Shown here piece by piece: positions 27,601 to 30,330 of a DNA stretch of 30,330 nucleotides (positions are counted from its first letter, which is position 1; each line of letters starts with the position of its first letter). The notes under the pieces are model-generated. The model had not been told where the DNA came from, did not search any database, and was given only the letters and a program-made list of their open reading frames with translations. Position numbers and translations under genes: made by a program. The stretch lies in the IMG/VR virus record IMGVR_UViG_3300017913_002402, positions 1-30,330 of that record, one strand, 5' to 3'. The stretch comes from a virus (taxonomy: Duplodnaviria; Caudoviricetes).

Positions 27601-27774
27601 AGAACCAGAAGTATTGATTACTTTGACTGTGGGATATGAAGGGAACGACCCACTGATTTTTGTGGCGCCGTCGACTTGTAGACGACTGACACCATCATCA
27701 GTAGATGTACCAATAAGAACGTCTTCATTGGTTTGAAGTCCGTTCTTGACTATAAATTTCTTATCGTTCGCCAT
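18265..27774 (-). CDS. Giant tail fibre or receptor-binding protein (~3169 aa) with C-terminal peptidase S74 intramolecular chaperone
   Basis: N-terminus MANDKKFIVKNGL, DADTVDG fibre motif, beta-repeat shaft and about 19 linker repeats. C-terminal YSDRRRKRNI...IGVIAQEV...VNYG followed by a coiled coil. The track starts at GTG 27783. Confidence 0.9.
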   Translation of the reverse strand: MANDKKFIVKNGLQTNEDVLIGTSTDDGVSRLQVDGATKISGSFPSYPTVKVINTSGSSGSPIISFEGSSGSLEVQNISTADFGIFNSTNGIEFHNGNDGLIFKQNGDARLTIESGNTSFTGLSTTNIEGRRIITTDDEARNGGSFDADTVDGLQAIQFVRADEDDTMDGSYIITGNLTVFGTTTSINSEIVTIADNILQLNSNVTGTPSEDSGIEVVRGTSDNVQLKWIEASDWWSVGTYSFETDELRSTNNSDLSIRAAGSSSANVNITGGFGTTYIGLKSVFTGSEGYGEVLYGNDAKLRATSTGVEASENAVVKGDITVGDNNGAAQIFFDGTGLNSTLYSNNGEIGFLKQNFNYGAYLDSNENWVVSDDMIAQGNIISEGDVTAYDDIVANNDINATNGNITADAGNIAATTGNVTAGNSITAQNNITATTGNIDATAGDVTAGNDVSAGNDVTAANDVTATAGDVTAGQDVIATRDISAGRDANITEDLTANNAYITNDLTADDIISQTINANSAIIGDITANNIVADQDIRSGRFVDNDDDTYFGDFNQTSQMNRIDIDDYIRHRGDTDTFLGFDGNDQITMRTGGTERVNIDNNSADFTVGVYAPTFYDSDDSNYFVNPAGSSIMSNIFIDDYIYHAQAVTDFMGFSAANNWRVTLGNTMRFNVTNAITQSFNDVRAPRYLGPSGTTYFLDIDASGQNTSLALQGNIQLGNVGDNDRYNDNSGNGGITFSAYGGQGATTNPSMQISGNNGGWSLVYLNRIDIGNNPFSDNNRYIDFAADGSSVQTIRGDGGGNLNFIPATDTSAYKFWNASADNLFTINGGGDVVVGGESATYANGDFTPLVGSKTNSRLHVAGGIQLNGNDDAIVFGRGTSSFLKDEELGFGWGGGWYMTEGTFLRVRNNKTVYSTGDYQGARFMAQADTNYYVDPDGDSQLNTIDIDDYIRHRGDVNTYMGFETNDTIRFWTNGTQRLNIDNNSVDASVEVRAPRFVDSNNANYYGDFASTSNMNRIDIDDYIRHRGDTNTYFGFPVADTIRFWTGAGQRLDINNTRVLANNAMHSPIFYDSDNTAFYGNFASRSNVNSITVTNNTATSLASNTFQIAKSVLGSLHFANGSGTGATNGYQAALTFMGGSATEHQAGIYVHNNNSAGTAMAFTTTDSYATGPQLALTITNTGRVNTLRSFFQAAGSVRAPIFYDSNNTSWYVDPNSSSRMNTIVLNDGVTLRSPNGTYGSFAIDGQARGGWEGFSIGDRMVFMHDNSNRVGVFNDVDDEWIWYADRNNAMRLMYNGGEQFRTDNGYAIAGNQMRSPIFYDSNNTSYYGDFASTSIMNVVRVNRLQIDGSTYYIDTSSSDYGSIRVEGAKNGWAGYAIRDDWVFMSNGPSEVGIYNDTNNEWALRAVQNDRLYLYFNGRSEAETRSGYFDITRQARAPIYYDRNSTSYYGDFASHSRMSSISIGNQGAIANNTYAASLYHNNRYLLGMRYSGAAGNYPWLVHDNWNGYDGTNRDSFIVHFNGIGDRMWVDREGNFRAFKSVSAPDISLDGGNEPLSLSPAYGSGGADLVLFDGTYYFDNRVTNSMAPNENSLTTSTSEFVRATTGPFAGSYVLRTSGYRDFYSAFIPVEPGEELYGEISVRRISGSGGILYYGIERYDQNRNAIGGNAGTTYFVVSGSNDTSTSWSTKRGYHTLPSNVYYVRIRILMNYSGGGALREFGGIMLKRSNYHGRLRGDDIVVTGDVTADRFFDRNNTSYYLDPASTSYVNDIRFNIGYDRNNTNYYINPASTSRLANIDIAPTLSNGQARIRSIMTSGYPALEYSDSAPGNSSGDQHFVWGANDTGQGRMQLRWRGGTAFGSAWYNEGTLLAEFIGDNNAVQFPQGAGVRSPIFYDYNNTGYYVDPASTSRMIHLRLSSSDSYLKMGSNSATQTTRDTNRPQIEIGNNHAYPHFTLSSWGTNTNHGAAISFRSRLNSSNNVRRWNIGTANYQAGSLDFGYYDNQENPHYGLGTSWSASSFTRFIIRTGYTEAKGSMRSPIFYDTDNTGYYGNFASTSRMNVNRVNETEYWAGGQAHFYTSSGNLRGYIGATETNDAHLIIATSGGEDISFRDGGTGGTWNMIIRGDGNVLINNYSYATRFYDRNNTGYYGDFASTSSMATILVDRINMRDRGDWITFYGDDSTYHAIASRDNGGNTADDLRFNSYGNIWINLDSNNNNSSSADFRIGRHGAATGSIQNLGLFDVYGDALYVYTAYSFRSPIYYDSNNTGYYINAASTSRLNTLLTNRLYFAYDNNTGAYFDYPTGNYGTVQVNGGGAGNWEGYSINGRYVFMSADNNQVGIYNDLDNEWMWYGERNGRTYFYYNGRYEARTESGYFRIERQARAPIYYDLNNTGYYLDPASTSNLNVVNFRGKSIHTGRTNDSGGSWSYAGSGTRLREYLQNTAMELHSGNDAPVTIYFRSGVNAPSDFGYITYDPDYNNSGENGAMVIGAENDGTGSSDYIRLQGRTVVDTNLISSDNSTIMEWLYAGSTYGRINTDYMDHISDMRSPLFYDRNNTGYYLNPASTSNLNAVYINRLRVDDGGSSGHIYTGDTYMDVRYGATGGGGMRLYDNNGQLQSYWYGNGSGEGGLLDNDGSWAVRVRTSTNPLTLYCNGNAEFYVYTSYTYSPGSSRAPIFYDSNNTGYYFNGASTNSTRFLGVNNRTMAYMALPGHTRDSGEYYRARPRQTSDTNYWTGAMGWGRQDMTNTVADWGSGFIDSWSNPANQPSGTSHWVGVQAYHYSNGSARYGWQMVGGPIGNLRFRNTWASFSSWRTIPILDVNSSNGGSMYAGRYYDSNNTGYYSDPASTSRYNQIRANTYYSPYAGGDSNLPRSSYPYGWGFQEDGGWSNPYPDLVLQYHTGITMAAYHNYNGISFRQDYNSGTLRFRINGGSHYAYKYTWMYTNTSGYYSGTNSWHIEPNTQTSYGSMNIRGSRNGWYGISFHQADNDPHLMFNQRGNGAGGIYWQGGGRWALYYYHNDNCLGIASSTTSSTYELYVSGDIYATGNIVAYSDRRRKRNIETIDNALEKVLQLRGVSYNKLVTPNDEIKDEDIADYLSEDGEKIKNTEIGVIAQEVEEILPEVVTYAADVDEYSVNYGNMAGLFVEAFKDQQEIINSQQEQIDELKQMVQTLMERL
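18327..18334 (-). promoter_or_regulatory. Internal late promoter for the fibre-associated genes
   Basis: Exact TATAAATA inside the 3' end of the fibre gene, about 64 nt before the next start. Confidence 0.65.
19235..26170 (-). repeat. Dispersed ~25-aa linker repeat, about 19 copies: R(S/A)PI(F/Y)YD.NNT.YY.(D/N)(P/F)ASTS..N
   Basis: Counted by eye in the translation. The + strand DNA core TAACCAGTGTT recurs near 19271, 19739, 20114, 20606, 20981 and 21644. Confidence 0.9.
26170..26680 (-). repeat. Tandem 6-7-aa beta repeats (GNI.A, GDVTA, GNDV.A)
   Basis: GNITADA GNIAATT GNVTA GNSITA ... GDVTA GNDVSA GNDVTA; consistent with a triple beta-helix shaft. Confidence 0.85.
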
Positions 27775-27808
27775 TCGGTTCACTCTCCCCTGAATGCGGT
27801 ATTGTTCT

Positions 27809-27816
27809 TATTTAAT
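27809..27816 (-). promoter_or_regulatory. Late promoter variant (ATTAAATA)
   Basis: TAAATA core overlapping the upstream stop codon, about 35 nt before the giant fibre ATG. Confidence 0.4.
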
Positions 27817-30330
27817 CTTTAATTAGAGTCGCAAAAGTTACAAACTCTGTGGATGTTGCACTGGATGGTGTAACCAAAATCTGAACGTCACTGCCTGAGA
27901 TATTTATATCATATGTTGCAAGATCACTATTCGTAACGACCTTACCAAACTCAGTAGCAGACGCAGTAGTTCCATCGTGCACAACTAACAATTTCGTAAT
28001 ATGTTTATTTATTCCAGTTTTTCCTGTGATAATAAACTCACCACCCATAAAGTCTGCTTTTGAGAAACTAAACAGAGTAGTAGGTGATGTTGTTGTCAAT
28101 GTCAAAGATTCAGAATGGAATGCAGAGTACTCTTGTGAGATGACAGCTTGGACTTCCAAGTTACCTGTCATTGTATCACCAGTCTCATTTACATAACGTG
28201 CATCACCAGTTGGTTGATCGATATATGAACGAATTTCTTTTTCGACTGTGACAACGTGACCGAACTCATCAACATCAAGAACAGAGATAAACTCAGCAAG
28301 AAGTGCAGTGTTCGCAAGTGCAACATTCGCTTGACTTGATGTGTCTGCGTGAGAAATTTCAACGTTCGCATTAATTGTACCACCAACGATATCTAGTCCA
28401 TCACCGACACTGATTACAGTTTCGGAAGATGTGAACATAGAACCATTTGCGAGGTTTACTAGATCTGTGAAACCATTGACGAATCCATACAACGTAATAC
28501 GAGGATCACGATTTATCGTCCCATCGACTACTAAGTTGCCGTCTAATTGCAGGTTACCTTCAATGTCTACATTTTGTTCGAATGTAGAGTTGCCAGTTAC
28601 GGTATCACCTGATACATTGAAGAAGAGAGTATCGACTTCTGTTTCAGTGTAGTATCTGTTATCTAGTTGACCCGAATCCAGTTCAGATTCTGTATAGTAA
28701 CGATTGTCAAGTTGTCCTGCATCCAACTCAGTCTCAGTGTAGTATCTACCGTCAAGATCAAGGGATGATGTTGTCTGTACATGACCGAAGGTATCGAATG
28801 TGATTCCATTCAATACGTTACCATCTGTAAGACTTACATCTGTCACACTAGAAGTGTCAGCATGTCCAATTTCAAACGTGAAACTATTTGCACTGTTTAG
28901 ATTAAATCTGTTATTTGGATTCGACGAAACAATTTCAACACCAGTGTTCGCATATACGAACACTTCACCATCACCGATAAGTGATTGTGCATTGTTTGAT
29001 GCATCTTCTAAGATTTCCGAAGCAGAGTAACCATCAACACTATCCGCATCGATACCAGATCCGTCTCCATCTACTGTTAAGAGAAGGTTAAGGATCTCTG
29101 TTGCAGTTTGATCTCCTGTCGCACCCGCTTCAATACCATCTAGTTTTGTACCATCTGCCGCAATATCACGACCATCTACTGTACCACTTACAGTAACGTT
29201 TCCTGTGACATCAATACCTGCACCAAAGTCTACGTTTTCATCAAACGAAGTAATCTTCTGTAGGAATACAGATCCATCACCAGTTTCAATACGTAGAGTA
29301 TTGTTTGCAGAAGTATAAACGAAGTCATCAACACCCGCAACTGCAGTGTTAGACATGGATGTGATACGACCATCTGCAGCGACTGTAACAATCGGGATCT
29401 GAGATGCAGTACCGTAAACTCCCGCAACAACACCAGTGGTTGCAATGTCTGCAACGACTGACACAGTACCATTGTCAGATGTCGTAGTACCTGTCACATC
29501 TCCTGTTAGTGTGACAGTTGTTTCAGTTCTTAGATGATAGACCGAACCATCACCAGAAGACAGTGTGATTGTGTTGTTTGATGAACTGTATGAGAAGTCA
29601 TCAATACCACCTACCGCTGCAGTATTTGCAAGAGTGATACGACCATCGTTATCAACTGTGAAGACTGGGATTTCAGATGCAGAACCATATGTGCCAGATG
29701 TGACACCTGTATCTTCAAGTTCTGTTGTTACTTGTACAGTACCATTCGAAGAAGTTGCAGTACCAGTAACTTTACCAGACAGTTCAACTGCAGTTTCGGT
29801 CTGAATGTGGAATTCTGATCCATCACCAGTTGTCAGAGTAATCGTATTGTTTGCAGGATCATAAGAGAAATCGTCAACCCCCGCAACCGCTGTTGTGTTT
29901 GCAAGAGTGATACGTCCGTCAACGTCGACTGTAATGACTGGAATCTCAGTAGAGGAACCATAGGTATTTGCTTCAACACCTGTGTTTGTCAACTCTAAAG
30001 TTAAGTTTGCATTACCTAAATCTGTAAAAGTAGTATTACCCTCAACATCACCAGTAACTGTAAGTTCTGGATCTGGAAGGTTTGTGAAGTTTGTAAAATC
30101 TAGGTAGTAAGTGCCTTCTTGTCCGTCAAGTAAATCGGCATCTAATTCTGATCCTGTTCCATCAACTGTTTTAAGTAAGTCTAGAATTGCTTGAGGGTCT
30201 GAACCAATTTCTACAATTTCACTGTTGCCGTTCTCAGTCGCTAAAACTTTAATATATGCGTTTGAATCGCCACCGTCAATTAATAGAATATCGCCTACAG
30301 TATAATACTTACCTTGGGCAGAAATAGATG
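27812..30330 (-). CDS. Repeat-rich tail fibre or baseplate-associated structural protein (>838 aa, 5' truncated)
   Basis: I translated the frame past the track's TTG at 29992 and it stays open to the window end (...ELDADLLDGQEGTYYLDF...). Fibre motifs include DGRDIAADGTKLDGIE and DADSVDG. Confidence 0.85.
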   Translation of the reverse strand, partial: SISAQGKYYTVGDILLIDGGDSNAYIKVLATENGNSEIVEIGSDPQAILDLLKTVDGTGSELDADLLDGQEGTYYLDFTNFTNLPDPELTVTGDVEGNTTFTDLGNANLTLELTNTGVEANTYGSSTEIPVITVDVDGRITLANTTAVAGVDDFSYDPANNTITLTTGDGSEFHIQTETAVELSGKVTGTATSSNGTVQVTTELEDTGVTSGTYGSASEIPVFTVDNDGRITLANTAAVGGIDDFSYSSSNNTITLSSGDGSVYHLRTETTVTLTGDVTGTTTSDNGTVSVVADIATTGVVAGVYGTASQIPIVTVAADGRITSMSNTAVAGVDDFVYTSANNTLRIETGDGSVFLQKITSFDENVDFGAGIDVTGNVTVSGTVDGRDIAADGTKLDGIEAGATGDQTATEILNLLLTVDGDGSGIDADSVDGYSASEILEDASNNAQSLIGDGEVFVYANTGVEIVSSNPNNRFNLNSANSFTFEIGHADTSSVTDVSLTDGNVLNGITFDTFGHVQTTSSLDLDGRYYTETELDAGQLDNRYYTESELDSGQLDNRYYTETEVDTLFFNVSGDTVTGNSTFEQNVDIEGNLQLDGNLVVDGTINRDPRITLYGFVNGFTDLVNLANGSMFTSSETVISVGDGLDIVGGTINANVEISHADTSSQANVALANTALLAEFISVLDVDEFGHVVTVEKEIRSYIDQPTGDARYVNETGDTMTGNLEVQAVISQEYSAFHSESLTLTTTSPTTLFSFSKADFMGGEFIITGKTGINKHITKLLVVHDGTTASATEFGKVVTNSDLATYDINISGSDVQILVTPSSATSTEFVTFATLIKD
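27901..27908 (-). promoter_or_regulatory. Internal late promoter upstream of the giant fibre gene
   Basis: Exact TATAAATA about 130 nt before the ATG at 27774. Confidence 0.6.
28630..28757 (-). repeat. Three tandem 15-aa repeats LD(G/N)RYYTE(T/S)E(L/V)D
   Basis: LDGRYYTETELDAGQ LDNRYYTESELDSGQ LDNRYYTETEVD, with a 45-nt period. Confidence 0.9.
29265..30070 (-). repeat. Three tandem 91-aa (273-nt) repeats
   Basis: TGV....YG....IP..TV..DGRIT...NT.V.G.DDF.Y...NNT.....GDGS. Equivalent ACACC anchors lie at 29430, 29703 and 29976. Confidence 0.9.

Noticed and set aside
26170-30070. CRISPR-like array
   Set aside because: The repeats are degenerate, codon-phased protein repeats inside ORFs, with no constant repeat/unique spacer structure.
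1-30330. tRNA or rRNA genes
   Set aside because: Intergenic gaps are about 70 nt or shorter and are occupied by promoters or terminators; no cloverleaf was seen.

Overview
This window comes from a T4-like (myovirus-type) phage genome, probably aquatic. Most of it (1209 to the right edge, - strand) is the late virion module. In transcription order it holds a truncated repeat-rich fibre gene, a giant ~3170-aa fibre with a C-terminal peptidase S74 chaperone, three small fibre-associated genes, an inserted three-gene sugar-handling cassette, then gp13-gp14-gp15-gp16-gp17-gp18-gp19-gp20, two putative core genes and gp21-gp22-gp23. T4 late promoters (TATAAATA) punctuate the block. At the left, a convergent + strand unit encodes a Prx5-type peroxiredoxin, a DsbA-like DNA-binding protein, two tiny membrane proteins missed by the ORF track and a hypothetical protein. 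The most notable observations are: (i) the cassette (GH130-like propeller, TPR-methyltransferase, nucleotidyltransferase-cupin fusion) has its own perfect sigma70 promoter inside the late cluster; (ii) an 'ANT' tripeptide recurs only in neck, tail and fibre proteins, a possible virion-modification tag; (iii) the giant fibre is built from about 19 linker repeats separating variable domains; (iv) a basic ORF may be overprinted in an extended gp16. All calls come from reading motifs by eye; no database searches were run.
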